The position numbers were made by a program, and so were the translations under genes. From positions 887,255 through 951,254 of the forward strand of contig CAWDVR010000003.1 in the NCBI GenBank assembly GCA_963805975.1: 64,000 nucleotides of DNA. Reading direction: 5' to 3'. This document shows, in pieces, positions 37,727 to 55,408 of the stretch. The stretch's first letter is position 1; each line of letters starts with the position of its first letter. The notes under the pieces were generated by a model. It searched no databases. It worked only from the letters and a program-made list of their open reading frames with translations, and had not been told where the DNA came from. Source of the DNA: an uncultured Acidobacteriota bacterium. GTDB lineage: Bacteria; Acidobacteriota; Thermoanaerobaculia; Multivoradales; SZUA-115.

Positions 37727-39728
37727 TAGTGCCCACCTCCCACAGCTCGTACCCTCGGCATCGGCTCAGGAGCCGCAGCGCCCCCGAGGTGCCAGCCGAC
37801 TCGGGCTGTGCGCCGCCGATGCTGCCGGCCGGGGCCAGCAGCAGCTCGGCATCCATGGCCCGGAGCTCGGCGGCGAGAGCTGCGGGATCGCCGAGCAGCG
37901 GTGCGACGCGCGCGAAGCGGTAGGGTCCGTTCCAGTCTCCCAGGAGCCTGCCCGGCGAGTAGTGCTGGAGCTGCTCGGTGCCGATGCCGTAGACCGTGAT
38001 GCCGGGCCCCAGGGTGCGGCCGGCGCAGGCCAGGAGCGCGTGGCCGGGGAGCCAGCGGTCGAGGTAGCGCTGGCGCGCCGCCTCGCTCGCCGGCGGCAGG
38101 CCCCGCTTCGCCACCCGTAGCGCACCGAAGGCCCAGGCGGGTGCGAGCAGCACCGCGATCAGCAGAACCAGCACCGAGCGCAGTCGCCTCGGGGTCCACC
38201 GTGCAGCCCAGCCGGAAGCCGTCACCGCCACCCGCGCCAGGGCCGGCGCGGCGAGCACGGCCATCAACGCCGCGGCCGGAGCCAGGTAGCGCGCGTCGCG
38301 CACGTGAGCGAGCCAGAGCGTGAGATAGATGCAGGCCGGCGCCGCCAGCCGGCGGGTTTCGCGGCGGGCGAGCCCGAGCGCCGCGGCCACGGGCAGCAGC
38401 AGCGCCGCGAAGGGAGACAGCGGGGGCACGCTCCGCGGGCGCAGCGAGTCCTCGAGCAGCAGGAGCGGCGAGCGCAGGAGGTCCCAGGCCAGCGTCGTCA
38501 GACCACGGAGCGCCGGGCCCCACCCCGGCCAGGTGGGCTCGGCCAAGCTCCAGCCCTGCGGCCCATGCAGGCCGTCGACGAGCCCGGCCGGCGCGCTCCA
38601 GGGACTGTTGCCGAACACGGCGCCGAGGAAAGGAAAGACCGGGTTGCCGGTGGCCAGGGCGTTGCGCAGATACCAGGGGCAGGCCGTCAGGAGAGCGGCT
38701 GCGGCCAGCGCTGCCGCCGCGGCCGGCCGCCGCTCGCGCCAGGCCGACCAGGCACCCAGGAGCACGACCATGCCGAGGAAGAACAGGCCGTGGTACTTGA
38801 CCGCCGCCGCCGCTCCCGCCAGGCCGCCGGCAAGGGCCAGCCAGCCGGCCAGAGAGGCCTCATGCCTGCCGCCGCGATTCGTTCTCGCGAGGTCCAGCGC
38901 CCAGAACGCGCCGGCGACGAAGAGGGCGAGGGCAAGGTCCACGTAGGCCGTGCTTCCCAGCCACACGAGGAGCGGGCAGCCCAGGAGCAGGGCCGTCGCC
39001 AGCGCGGCCGACTGCGCGCCGGCGTGCCGGCGCGCCCAGAGCGTCACCACAGCGGCCAGCAGCAGGAGCTGGGCGGTGGAGAGCAGATGGACACTGGTCT
39101 CGCCTCCTCCCAGGGCCAGGAGCACCGCCATCAGGATCTCCTGGAACAGGGGGAAGACAGGGAACCGCAGGTGGGGCTCGAAGATGGGGCCGCCGTGCGC
39201 TACCAGGCTCTCGGCGAGCGGCAGGTGGTACATGGTGTCGTCGAAGGCGGCCGGCGGATAGGCCGCGAGCAGCAGGACCACCGGCAGCGCACCGAGCCAG
39301 GGCAGCGCGCCGGTCAGGAATGGATTCCCGCTTGCGCAGGAAGGACGACTGGATCCTGGGTGGAACGGTAGAAAGCCCTCGCCGGCTCCCGGCTGGTCAT
39401 TTCCGCGAAAGCGGGAATCCAAAGGCTCGTGGACCGGAACCTCTGCCTCGAGCCTCGGGCGGCGTAGCACGGGATACCAGGCGGCCTGCGCGAGCACCAG
39501 GACAGCCAGGACGCGCGGCCGGTCGAACCCTCCCGCCAGCGCCAGCAGCCCGAGGAGGGTTCCGAGAGCCGCCAGGCCGGCGATCAGCGCCAGCACCCGG
39601 CGCTCGCTGCTGCCCAGGCCGGGCAGCTTTCCGACCAGGGCCAGCCCGGGCCCGAGGCAAGAGGCGACCAGCAGCAGGACCCGCAACCCATCGAGGGCGA
39701 AAGAGGCGAGGAGCGAGAGGAGGGGCAC
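37689..39728 (-). CDS. GT-C fold (ArnT/PMT-like) integral membrane glycosyltransferase
   Basis: Many TM helices; FDDTMYHLP, AYVD, VKYHG, PWYLRN...GNPVFPF. Confidence 0.8.
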   Translation of the reverse strand: MPLLSLLASFALDGLRVLLLVASCLGPGLALVGKLPGLGSSERRVLALIAGLAALGTLLGLLALAGGFDRPRVLAVLVLAQAAWYPVLRRPRLEAEVPVHEPLDSRFRGNDQPGAGEGFLPFHPGSSRPSCASGNPFLTGALPWLGALPVVLLLAAYPPAAFDDTMYHLPLAESLVAHGGPIFEPHLRFPVFPLFQEILMAVLLALGGGETSVHLLSTAQLLLLAAVVTLWARRHAGAQSAALATALLLGCPLLVWLGSTAYVDLALALFVAGAFWALDLARTNRGGRHEASLAGWLALAGGLAGAAAAVKYHGLFFLGMVVLLGAWSAWRERRPAAAAALAAAALLTACPWYLRNALATGNPVFPFLGAVFGNSPWSAPAGLVDGLHGPQGWSLAEPTWPGWGPALRGLTTLAWDLLRSPLLLLEDSLRPRSVPPLSPFAALLLPVAAALGLARRETRRLAAPACIYLTLWLAHVRDARYLAPAAALMAVLAAPALARVAVTASGWAARWTPRRLRSVLVLLIAVLLAPAWAFGALRVAKRGLPPASEAARQRYLDRWLPGHALLACAGRTLGPGITVYGIGTEQLQHYSPGRLLGDWNGPYRFARVAPLLGDPAALAAELRAMDAELLLAPAGSIGGAQPESAGTSGALRLLSRCRGYELWEVGTTTIAAARLDCGC
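39321..39421. repeat. Family C palindrome pair (GTCATT.CCGCGAAAGCGGGAATCCA type) in-frame within the glycosyltransferase
   Basis: TGGATTCCCGCTTGCGCAGGAAGGAC ... GTCATTTCCGCGAAAGCGGGAATCCA; translated as LDSRFRGND...RPSCASGNP. Confidence 0.75.
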
Positions 39729-39911
39729 TCCGGAAGCCTACCAGGCGGTCTTTTCTTGAGCCCTTGCTTGGCAGGTTTCGGTGGCGCCCTCCGAACCCTG
39801 AGCGCGATCCTGCCGAGATGCCAGTTTCGCGGCCGGCACGAGCTGGTGGTGCACTCGAAAGGCCGCGCAAATAGTGGTTCCACTGGACGCGCTCGAAGCT
39901 ATGATCCCCGC

Positions 39912-45443
<5,532 letters not shown>

Positions 45444-45477
45444 GCTCCGCGGCGAGACGACGAAGAGAAGGCCAAGC

Positions 45478-47079
45478 ATGAGCGCGCACGAGAGCGTCAA
45501 CATCCTGCTGGTCGACGACCAGCCCGCCAAGCTGCTCTCCTACGAGGCGGTGCTCGCCGAGCTGGGCGAGAACCTGATCAAGGCGAGCTCGGCGCGCGAG
45601 GCCCTGGACCATCTGCTGCGCACCGACATCGCCCTGGTGCTGGTGGACGTCTGCATGCCCGAGCTCGACGGCTTCGAGCTGGCGGCGCTGATCCGCGAGC
45701 ACCCGCGCTTCCAGAAGACGGCGATCATCTTCATCTCCGCCATCCTGCTCACCGATCTCGATCGCTTGAAGGGCTACCAGTACGGTGCCGTGGACTACGT
45801 GCCGGTGCCGGTGGTGCCCGAGATCCTGCGCGCCAAGGTCAGCATCTTCGCCGAGCTCTACCGCAAGACGCGGCAGCTCGAGCAGATGAACCACCAGCTC
45901 GAGGAGCGGGTGGCGGAGCGCACCGCCGAGCTCCAGGCTTCGATGACCCGGCTGTCGGCTTCCGAGGAGGCGCTGAAGGACGCCGACCGAAGGAAGGACG
46001 AGTTCCTGGCCATGCTCGCCCACGAGCTGCGCAACCCGCTGGCGCCGGTGCGCAACGCGGTGGAGATCATGCGCACTAGGGCGCCAGGCGATCCCGAGCT
46101 GCGCTGGTGCCGCGACGTCATCGAGCGTCAGGTCGATCAGTTGACGCGGCTGGTGGACGATCTGCTCGATGTCTCCCGCATCACGCGCGGCAGCATCCGG
46201 CTGCAGCTCGCGCCCGTCGACCTGGCGACCGTGGTCACCGGGGCCGTCGAGACCAGCCGGCCGCTGATCGACGCCCGCCGCCACCAGCTGAGTGTCGAGC
46301 TGCCGGCCGACCCGGTGCGCATCGAAGGCGACCTGGCGCGGCTGACGCAGGTGGTCGCCAATCTGCTCAACAACGCCGCCAAGTACCAGGAGGAGGGCGG
46401 CCAGATCCGTCTGCAGGTGGAGAGCGACGGCCAGGAGGCGGTGATCCGGGTCCGCGACCACGGCATGGGCATCCCGCCGGAGATGCTCGCCAAGGTGTTC
46501 GACCTCTTTTCTCAGCTCGAGGGCACGGTGGACCGTGCCCAGGGGGGCCTGGGCATCGGCCTGTCGTTGGTCAAGAACCTGGTCGAGATGCACCGCGGCC
46601 GGGTGGAGGCCCTGAGCGAGGGCCGGGGCCTGGGCACCGAGGTGGTGGTGCGCCTGCCCTGCCTGGCGAGCGGGATCGGCGCCGGCGCGGGCGCCGAGGC
46701 GGGCGTGGCCGCGGAAGCCCCCCGTCCGTGCCTGTCGATCCTGGTGGTGGACGACAACCAGGACGGCGCGGAGAGCATGGCACGCCTGCTGCGGCGGGCC
46801 GGGCACGGGGTGCAGGTGGCGTACGACGGCCGCGAGGCCCTGGAGATGGCCACTGCCGGCCGGCCGGCCGTGGTGCTGCTCGACATCGGACTGCCGGAGA
46901 TGGACGGCTACCAGGTCTGCCAGCGCCTGCGCCAGGAAGGGCTGTCCGGGGCGCTGATCGTCGCCATGTCCGGCTACGGCCAGGACGAGGACCGCCGGCG
47001 CTCGCAGCAGGCCGGTTTCGACCACCACCTGGTGAAGCCGGTGAGCCCCACCGAGCTGCTGGCGCTGCTGCACCGCTAG
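45478..47079 (+). CDS. Hybrid REC-histidine kinase-REC protein
   Basis: ILLVDD, FLAMLAHELRNPLAP, NLLNNAAKY, GGLGIGL, LLDIGLPEMDGY. Confidence 0.93.
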   Translation: MSAHESVNILLVDDQPAKLLSYEAVLAELGENLIKASSAREALDHLLRTDIALVLVDVCMPELDGFELAALIREHPRFQKTAIIFISAILLTDLDRLKGYQYGAVDYVPVPVVPEILRAKVSIFAELYRKTRQLEQMNHQLEERVAERTAELQASMTRLSASEEALKDADRRKDEFLAMLAHELRNPLAPVRNAVEIMRTRAPGDPELRWCRDVIERQVDQLTRLVDDLLDVSRITRGSIRLQLAPVDLATVVTGAVETSRPLIDARRHQLSVELPADPVRIEGDLARLTQVVANLLNNAAKYQEEGGQIRLQVESDGQEAVIRVRDHGMGIPPEMLAKVFDLFSQLEGTVDRAQGGLGIGLSLVKNLVEMHRGRVEALSEGRGLGTEVVVRLPCLASGIGAGAGAEAGVAAEAPRPCLSILVVDDNQDGAESMARLLRRAGHGVQVAYDGREALEMATAGRPAVVLLDIGLPEMDGYQVCQRLRQEGLSGALIVAMSGYGQDEDRRRSQQAGFDHHLVKPVSPTELLALLHR

Positions 47080-47158
47080 GCCGTCGCTAGGCCGCCGGGA
47101 CCGCCTCAGGGCAGGACGTGCTTGAACCCGAGGCCAAGGTCAGAGAAGATCCGCCGTC

Positions 47159-47749
47159 ATGAGCCCACCTCGCCCGTCCCGTGTCCCCCGTGATGACCGT
47201 GCCGCGTTTTTCCGCGGCTTCCTCGAGCGCCCGCAAGACGTCGCTTCCGTGGTCCCCAGCTCCCGCTTCCTCGAACGCCGGGTGGTGGAGGTGGCGGAGA
47301 TCGCTTCCTCCCGGCGGGTGGTGGAGCTGGGGCCGGGCACCGGCGGCACCACCCGCTCGCTCCTCGCGGCTCTGCCGGCGGACGCCAAGCTGCTGGCGAT
47401 CGAGCTGCACCGCGAGTTCGCCCGGCTGCTCGAAGCGGAGGGCGATGAGCGCCTCACTGTGCACTGCGGCTCGGCGCTCGACCTGGTGGCGATCCTCGCC
47501 GAGCACGGCTTCGGCGCCCCGGACGTGGTGGTCTCCGGCATCCCGTTCTCGACCATGAGCCCGGAAGCCGGCCGGGGGATCATCGAGGCCGTGCGCGCCG
47601 CGCTCGCACCCGGCGGCAAGTTCGTGGCCTACCAGGTGCGCGACCGCGTGCAGCAGCTCGCGACCCCGGTCTTCGGCCCGGCGCAGGTCACCCTCGAGCT
47701 GCGCAACGTGCCGCCGATGCGGGTGTACTGCTGGCGGAAGGCGCCCTAG
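47159..47749 (+). CDS. Phospholipid N-methyltransferase-like class I SAM methyltransferase
   Basis: VASVVPSSRFL, VVELGPGTGG, VVSGIPFS, RNVPP. Confidence 0.85.
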   Translation: MSPPRPSRVPRDDRAAFFRGFLERPQDVASVVPSSRFLERRVVEVAEIASSRRVVELGPGTGGTTRSLLAALPADAKLLAIELHREFARLLEAEGDERLTVHCGSALDLVAILAEHGFGAPDVVVSGIPFSTMSPEAGRGIIEAVRAALAPGGKFVAYQVRDRVQQLATPVFGPAQVTLELRNVPPMRVYCWRKAP

Positions 47750-48501
47750 CCCAGCCCGCCGAACACCAGCGTCAGCGCGAAGCCGAGGATCGGCCGGAAC
47801 ACCGGGTCGAAGAGCTTCCAGGCGAGGAGCAGGCCGGCCCAGGCGATCATCGGCTGCTCCCAGAGGAAAGTGCGGTAGCGCCGCGCCAGATCCTCGCTCA
47901 TCACGAGCTGGATCACCCCGCTGCCGTCGAGCGGCGGCACCGGAATGAGGTTGAACACGAAGAGCAGCAGGTTGAGCACGAAGGCGATCGAGAGCGCCGT
48001 GGCCACGCCCTCGAACGCGCCCGGCTGTGCCGCCCCCACCAACTGCGAGAAGCTCGAGAGCTCCGGCACGAAGGCACCGGTCGAGAGGCCCACGCGCAGG
48101 CCGATGCCGGCGAGCACGGTGAGGATCAGGTTGGCGATCGGGCCGGCCGCCGCCATCAGCGCCGCCTTCCGCGGGTAGCGGAGCGCCCAGCCGGGATCGT
48201 AAGGCGCGCTCGCCCAGCCCAGCATCTGGCGGCTGATCGCGAAGGTCAAGAGCGGCATCAGCACCATGCCGAAAGGCTCGCGGCGGATGTGCGGCCAGGG
48301 GTTCAGGCTCACTTGGCCGGCGTGGTAGGCGGTCGAGTCGCCGAGCCGGTGAGCGGCAAAGGCGTGGGCCGCCTCGTGGCAGGTGATCGAGAACACGAAC
48401 ACCAGGTACCAGACGATACCTAACGCCAGGGTTTGTGAGGTCAGGTCCAGGGGAGGGTCCTCGGGAAGGGGCTGCGTGAGGCGAGATCTTATCCCGGCCA
48501 C
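47746..48501 (-). CDS. Site-2 protease (peptidase M50)
   Basis: HEAAH, AAGPIAN, FNLIPVPPLDG; start uncertain. Confidence 0.9.
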   Translation of the reverse strand: MAGIRSRLTQPLPEDPPLDLTSQTLALGIVWYLVFVFSITCHEAAHAFAAHRLGDSTAYHAGQVSLNPWPHIRREPFGMVLMPLLTFAISRQMLGWASAPYDPGWALRYPRKAALMAAAGPIANLILTVLAGIGLRVGLSTGAFVPELSSFSQLVGAAQPGAFEGVATALSIAFVLNLLLFVFNLIPVPPLDGSGVIQLVMSEDLARRYRTFLWEQPMIAWAGLLLAWKLFDPVFRPILGFALTLVFGGLG

Positions 48502-48641
48502 CGGTCGGAGCGGCGGGCCTCGGAGCGCGGCGAGCTTCCGCGGTCTAGCAAGCGTTTGCGGCCACCGGCGGCCGGTGCGATGATGAGCTGCCGCGGCGGA
48601 AACGCGCGCGTTGACCGGCAGCCACCCAGACCAAAAGGAAG

Positions 48642-49211
48642 ATGAACATGACCCGCAAGACCACGCTCGTCCTCACGGCGCTTGCTCTGCTCATACCGGG
48701 TGCGGCCGTTCGCGCACGGGTCACCGCAGCGACCAGCCAGAACGCTGCCGCAGAAGTACAACGTCTCCAAGGAACCTGGGAGGGAGCCCTCGTGGGCCAG
48801 GAGTCGGCCGGCAAGATCACCATCACGTTCACCGGCAGCTCTCTCCACTTTCAGGGACTGAGAACGGACGAATGGTATGACGCCACCTTTACCCTGCGGG
48901 AAGGAACCAGCCCGCAGCAACTACGCGCCACGATCACCGACTGTGAGCGGACGAAAGACATCGGTACGGTGATCGGCGCCATCTTCAAGATCGAGGACGG
49001 GACTCTGTCCTTGGCCGGGATCGAGGACGACGCCCAGGAGCTGCTGCAGACTTTTGGCGACGGAAAGTCACTGTTCAAGATCGAGGGCGGGGATCCCAAC
49101 GTATGCGGCCCGGACGGGTCGGAAGCCTTTGAAGGCAATACGATGTTTCACTACAAGTTCCGGAAGGTTCAGCCGCAAACGAAGAAGGCCGCAGCACCCA
49201 AACCCCAATAG
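48642..49211 (+). CDS. Exported TIGR03067-like domain protein
   Basis: Signal peptide; EVQRLQGTWE; AIFKIEDGTLSLA. Confidence 0.65.
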   Translation: MNMTRKTTLVLTALALLIPGAAVRARVTAATSQNAAAEVQRLQGTWEGALVGQESAGKITITFTGSSLHFQGLRTDEWYDATFTLREGTSPQQLRATITDCERTKDIGTVIGAIFKIEDGTLSLAGIEDDAQELLQTFGDGKSLFKIEGGDPNVCGPDGSEAFEGNTMFHYKFRKVQPQTKKAAAPKPQ

Positions 49212-49268
49212 TCCCGGCTGCCATCCCTCCTCCGAGACCCCGGCACCGAACGCAGCGGAGGCAAAACC

Positions 49269-49622
49269 ATGAGCCCCAACAAGTCAACCGTGCAGAAGTA
49301 CATGGACGCCTTCGCCAAGTCCGACCACGAGGAAGTCCTGTCATGCCTGACAGAGGACGTGGAGTGGTTGCTGCCAGGAGCATTCCACCTGACAGGAAAG
49401 CCCGCCTTCGACCGGGAGATCGAAAACGAAGCTTTCGTCGGCAGCCCGACGATCGGGGTCACCCGCATGACGGAAGAGAACGACGTGGTGGTGGCGGAAG
49501 GCACGGTCCGCTGTGCCAGGAGGGATGGCGGCCTCCTGAACGCGGTCTTCTGTGACGTCTTCGAGATGCAGGACGCGAAGGTCCGGCGCCTGATCTCGTA
49601 CTTGATGGAAGTGAAGGAGTAA
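49269..49622 (+). CDS. SnoaL-like / NTF2 family protein
   Basis: GGAGG RBS; YMDAF..D...LTEDVEW; VVAEG; FCDVFEM. Confidence 0.85.
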   Translation: MSPNKSTVQKYMDAFAKSDHEEVLSCLTEDVEWLLPGAFHLTGKPAFDREIENEAFVGSPTIGVTRMTEENDVVVAEGTVRCARRDGGLLNAVFCDVFEMQDAKVRRLISYLMEVKE

Positions 49623-49672
49623 GGGGCGCCGGGGCGGTCCTCGCCCCCGCGCACCGGGTTCGGGCCGCAGCG

Positions 49673-51763
<2,091 letters not shown>

Positions 51764-51855
51764 CGATCTGACCCCACTTTCTGGCGGTAAAAATCAGGCG
51801 GCCGAATATAGCACAGGGCCCCGTCGGGACCGGCCCCCTAACACGCGCTTTCCCT

Positions 51856-51885
51856 TTGACTTGCGCCTACCGTAGGGTCTAGAGT
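51856..51885 (+). promoter_or_regulatory. Putative sigma70 promoter for the kinase gene
   Basis: TTGACT, 18 bp, TAGAGT in the divergent intergenic region. Confidence 0.35.
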
Positions 51886-51911
51886 TGGCAGCCCCGGAAC
51901 CGGATTAGTCG

Positions 51912-53990
51912 ATGACCGACTCGCACCCGCCCCACCTCGGCCGGTACCAGATCCTGGAAGAGATCGGCAAGGGCTCGATGGGCGTGGTGTACCTCGCCAG
52001 GGACCCGGTGATCGGCCGGCTGCTGGCGCTCAAGACCTTCCGCCTGACCGAGGAGCGGGACCACGAGCTCGCCGAGTCGCGGGAGCGGTTCATCCGCGAG
52101 GCGCAGAGCGCGGGCATTCTCTCCCACCCCAACATCGTCACCATCCACGACGTGGCCGAGGCCAGCGCCGACGGCGCCACCTTCATCGCCATGGAGTACG
52201 TGCGCGGCACCGACCTGAAGGAACTCCTGCGCCGCGACGAGAGCTTCGATCTCTCGGAGGTGTCGGACGTCGTGTGGCAGGTGGCGGAGGCGCTCGAGTA
52301 CGCGCATTCGAAGGGCGTCGTGCACCGGGACATCAAGCCGGCGAACATCCTGATCACCGGCGACGGGCGGGTGAAGCTCACCGACTTCGGCATCGCCCGC
52401 CTCAACACCTCGAACCTCACTCACGCCGGCCAGCTCCTGGGCACCCCCAACTACATGGCGCCGGAGCAGATCCAGGGCCGGGAGGTCGATCACCGCGCCG
52501 ACATCTTCTCGCTGGGCGTGGTGCTCTACGAGATGCTCACCCGCCAGAAGCCGTTCCGCGGTGACAACCTGACCATGGTCACCCACCGCATCGTCCACGA
52601 GGCCTTCACGCCGCTCGAGAACCATACCCAGGATCTGCCGCCGGCGCTCTCCGACGTGCTCGCCAAGGCGCTCGCCAAGCTGCCGGCCGAGCGCTACCAG
52701 CGCGTGGGAGAGATGGCGCGGGACCTCAAGAAGATCGCCGACGACGAGGCCTCGCAGGCGGCGCTCAACGACACCCAGGAGCTGCCGCCCCTGGTCGATC
52801 TCGACGCCACCGCGCCCCCCGGCGCCGATCCCCCGCACCCGGCGCTCCCCAGCCAGGAGCCTCCCGAGCCGGTGCCGGCGGGTCAGGAGCCCTCCCGTCC
52901 GGAACCGGGCGCGAGACACGCCGCCGCCGGGCCCTCGCTCGCGGCCGCGCTGCCGGCGGCGCCCATCCCCGTGCCCCCGCTGCCCGTGCCTCCCGTCCCC
53001 ACGCCGCCGCCGGTGCCGCCGCAGATCCCCGAGCCGTCCGTACCCGTGGCGCCGCGTGCCGCGGCGCCGCCCGGCCCGCGGCGTTCCCTGCCGCGCGTGG
53101 CGGCGGTCGCCGCCCTCAGCCTCGCCGCGGCCGTGGCCCTGGTCGCCCTCGGCCTAGCGCTCCTGAGGCCCCAGGACTCGTCGGTCGCCGATGCCTCCAC
53201 GGACCGCGAGATCCTGCGCCAGGCGACCCACCTCGAGCTTCTATGGTCCGGCCGCGATCTCCTCGCCGAAGGCAAGCCGCGCGAGGCGCTCCTCGCCTTG
53301 CACGAGGCCGAGCAGCAGGCCCCGGACGTGGCCCAGGTCCGCGAGCTGCGCCAGGAGGCGGAGCGGCAGGTGGCGGAGCTGGCGGCGCGCGAGAGCCTCG
53401 CCGAGCAGGTGGCGGGGTTCCTCGGGGCGGGCGAGGAGGCCTTCACCCGCCGGCGTTTCGAGCAGGCGGCCGACAGCGCCCGCCAGGCCCTCGCTCTCGA
53501 GCCGGGGCAAGCGGCGGCGAAGGATCTCCTGGCGCGGGCCGAGGCCAGGCTCAATCGCGCGAAGACGGCCGCCCCCCCCACCGTGGTCCTGGCGCCGCCG
53601 GTGGTGGAGCCGGTCCCCACCGCGCCGCCGCCCGAGGCGGCCCCGGTGGAGACCGCCCCGGCGCCGCCGGTGGCGACCGACGCCACCCTGCGCGTGGCCT
53701 TCCACAGCGACGCGCCGCAGGGCGTGCTGACGGTCTACGACGGCCAGCAGCAGCTCCTCCGCGAGCCCTACCGCTTCACCGAGAAGGCCGGCTTCCTGCG
53801 CACGCGGGGTGTGGCGGGCAGCCTGGTGCGGACCCTCAAGCTGCAGCCGGGCGAGCACCAGATCCGCGTCTACGTGGCCCTCGACCGCACCAAGACCCAG
53901 ACCGTGGACGGCAACTTCCCGCCCGGCATCACCCGCACACTGGAGATCGACGTCGGGGCCGGCGGGGAGCTGTCGGTGCGGTTGAACTGA
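51912..53990 (+). CDS. Hanks-type Ser/Thr protein kinase with Pro-rich linker, TM and TPR-like extracellular region
   Basis: [34 protein letters not shown]. Confidence 0.93.
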   Translation: MTDSHPPHLGRYQILEEIGKGSMGVVYLARDPVIGRLLALKTFRLTEERDHELAESRERFIREAQSAGILSHPNIVTIHDVAEASADGATFIAMEYVRGTDLKELLRRDESFDLSEVSDVVWQVAEALEYAHSKGVVHRDIKPANILITGDGRVKLTDFGIARLNTSNLTHAGQLLGTPNYMAPEQIQGREVDHRADIFSLGVVLYEMLTRQKPFRGDNLTMVTHRIVHEAFTPLENHTQDLPPALSDVLAKALAKLPAERYQRVGEMARDLKKIADDEASQAALNDTQELPPLVDLDATAPPGADPPHPALPSQEPPEPVPAGQEPSRPEPGARHAAAGPSLAAALPAAPIPVPPLPVPPVPTPPPVPPQIPEPSVPVAPRAAAPPGPRRSLPRVAAVAALSLAAAVALVALGLALLRPQDSSVADASTDREILRQATHLELLWSGRDLLAEGKPREALLALHEAEQQAPDVAQVRELRQEAERQVAELAARESLAEQVAGFLGAGEEAFTRRRFEQAADSARQALALEPGQAAAKDLLARAEARLNRAKTAAPPTVVLAPPVVEPVPTAPPPEAAPVETAPAPPVATDATLRVAFHSDAPQGVLTVYDGQQQLLREPYRFTEKAGFLRTRGVAGSLVRTLKLQPGEHQIRVYVALDRTKTQTVDGNFPPGITRTLEIDVGAGGELSVRLN

Positions 53991-54019
53991 TTCCTCGAGC
54001 CAGAAGCCCGGGCTGAACC

Positions 54020-55408
54020 TCAGTCTGCGGCCACCGATCCACTCACCACCTCCACCTCTCCCAGCGGCTCCAACTGCGGCAGGAGCTCGGCGGCCGGTCC
54101 CACGGCGACCACTTCCAGGGCCGCGGCGTCGAGCCGTTCCCGAGCCACGCGCAGGAGATCCTCGGGCGTCACGGCGGCCAGGGTCTCGGCGTAGCGGTCG
54201 AAGTAGTCGTCGGCCAGGCGGTAGATCGCCAGCTCGGCGAGCCGGCCGGCCAGGCCTTCGATGGTCTGCACGGTGAAGGGGAAGGTGCCGACGAGGTACT
54301 GGCGGGTCTCGGCGAGCTCGGCGGCGGAGACCGGCTCGCTACGCAGGCGCTCGACCTCGTGTCGGATCTCGGCCACCGCTCGGCCGGCCACCGCGTTGGC
54401 CACGGCAGTCGAGATGACGAACGGCGCCGGCCCGAGGCGGGTTTGGAGATGGCTCGAGACGCCGTAGGTGAAGCCCTTGCCCTCGCGCAGGTTGGTATTG
54501 AGGCGGCTGGTGAAGCTGCCGCCGAGCGCCGTCGAGAGGAGCGCCCAAGGGCGGAAGTCGGGATCGGGGCGCGGCACGCCGACCAGGCCCAGGCGCAGCT
54601 CGGTCTGCGCGGCGTGCGGCCGGTCCACCAGGACGATCCGCCGCCCCGGCCCGCGGAGAGACTCGGGGCGCGGCTCGAGGCTCCGCGCCAGCGGTGTGCC
54701 GGAGCCGGACCGGGCGAGCGGCGCGAACGCCTCGGCGGCCAGCGCGGCGAGCCGGTCGGGGTCGAAGTCCCCGGTGACGATCAGGGTGGCGCGCCCCAGG
54801 TCGAAGTGCTCGCCGTAGAAGGCTTCGAGGTCGCCGCGGCCGAGCGCCGCCACCGACTCCTCGTCACCGAGCACGGAGGAGCCGTAGGGCGAGTCGCCGT
54901 AGAGGCGCCCCATCAGCGTCAGGTCGGCGATCACCCCGGGCTGGTCGCGCCGCCGCAGCAGCTCGGTCAGGCGCTGGTGCCGCACCCGTTCGATCTCCTC
55001 CGGCGGGAAGGTGGCCTCGCCGGCGAGCTCCGCCAGGAGCTCGACGCCCTGGCGCGCGTGCTGCGCCGGCAGCACCACGCCGGCAGTGGCGGCGTCCCAG
55101 CGCGCGTCGGCCCCCAGCGCCGCGCCCAGCCGCTCGAGCTCGGCGGAGAGCTCGGGGCCGCTGCGCCGCCGCGAGCCCTCGTCGATCAACGCCGCGGTGA
55201 AGCTCGCGAGGCCCGACCGGTCGGGCGGCTCGCGCTGCGCACCGGCGTCGAGCACCAGCTCGGCGCAGAGGAGTGGCGTGCGAGGAACGGCGGCGGCGAG
55301 GAGCGTCAGGCCGCCCGGCAGGCTCCGGCGCTCGAAGGCGGGGAAGCGGAACGGCCGCGGCGGGCCGGGAGCCGGCGGCCGGGTGCGGTCGAGAGGCGGG
55401 GTGCTCAC
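54020..55408 (-). CDS. M16 peptidase, non-catalytic subunit
   Basis: SRLNTNLREGKGFTYG; no HxxEH; coupled to the next gene. Confidence 0.88.
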   Translation of the reverse strand: MSTPPLDRTRPPAPGPPRPFRFPAFERRSLPGGLTLLAAAVPRTPLLCAELVLDAGAQREPPDRSGLASFTAALIDEGSRRRSGPELSAELERLGAALGADARWDAATAGVVLPAQHARQGVELLAELAGEATFPPEEIERVRHQRLTELLRRRDQPGVIADLTLMGRLYGDSPYGSSVLGDEESVAALGRGDLEAFYGEHFDLGRATLIVTGDFDPDRLAALAAEAFAPLARSGSGTPLARSLEPRPESLRGPGRRIVLVDRPHAAQTELRLGLVGVPRPDPDFRPWALLSTALGGSFTSRLNTNLREGKGFTYGVSSHLQTRLGPAPFVISTAVANAVAGRAVAEIRHEVERLRSEPVSAAELAETRQYLVGTFPFTVQTIEGLAGRLAELAIYRLADDYFDRYAETLAAVTPEDLLRVARERLDAAALEVVAVGPAAELLPQLEPLGEVEVVSGSVAAD

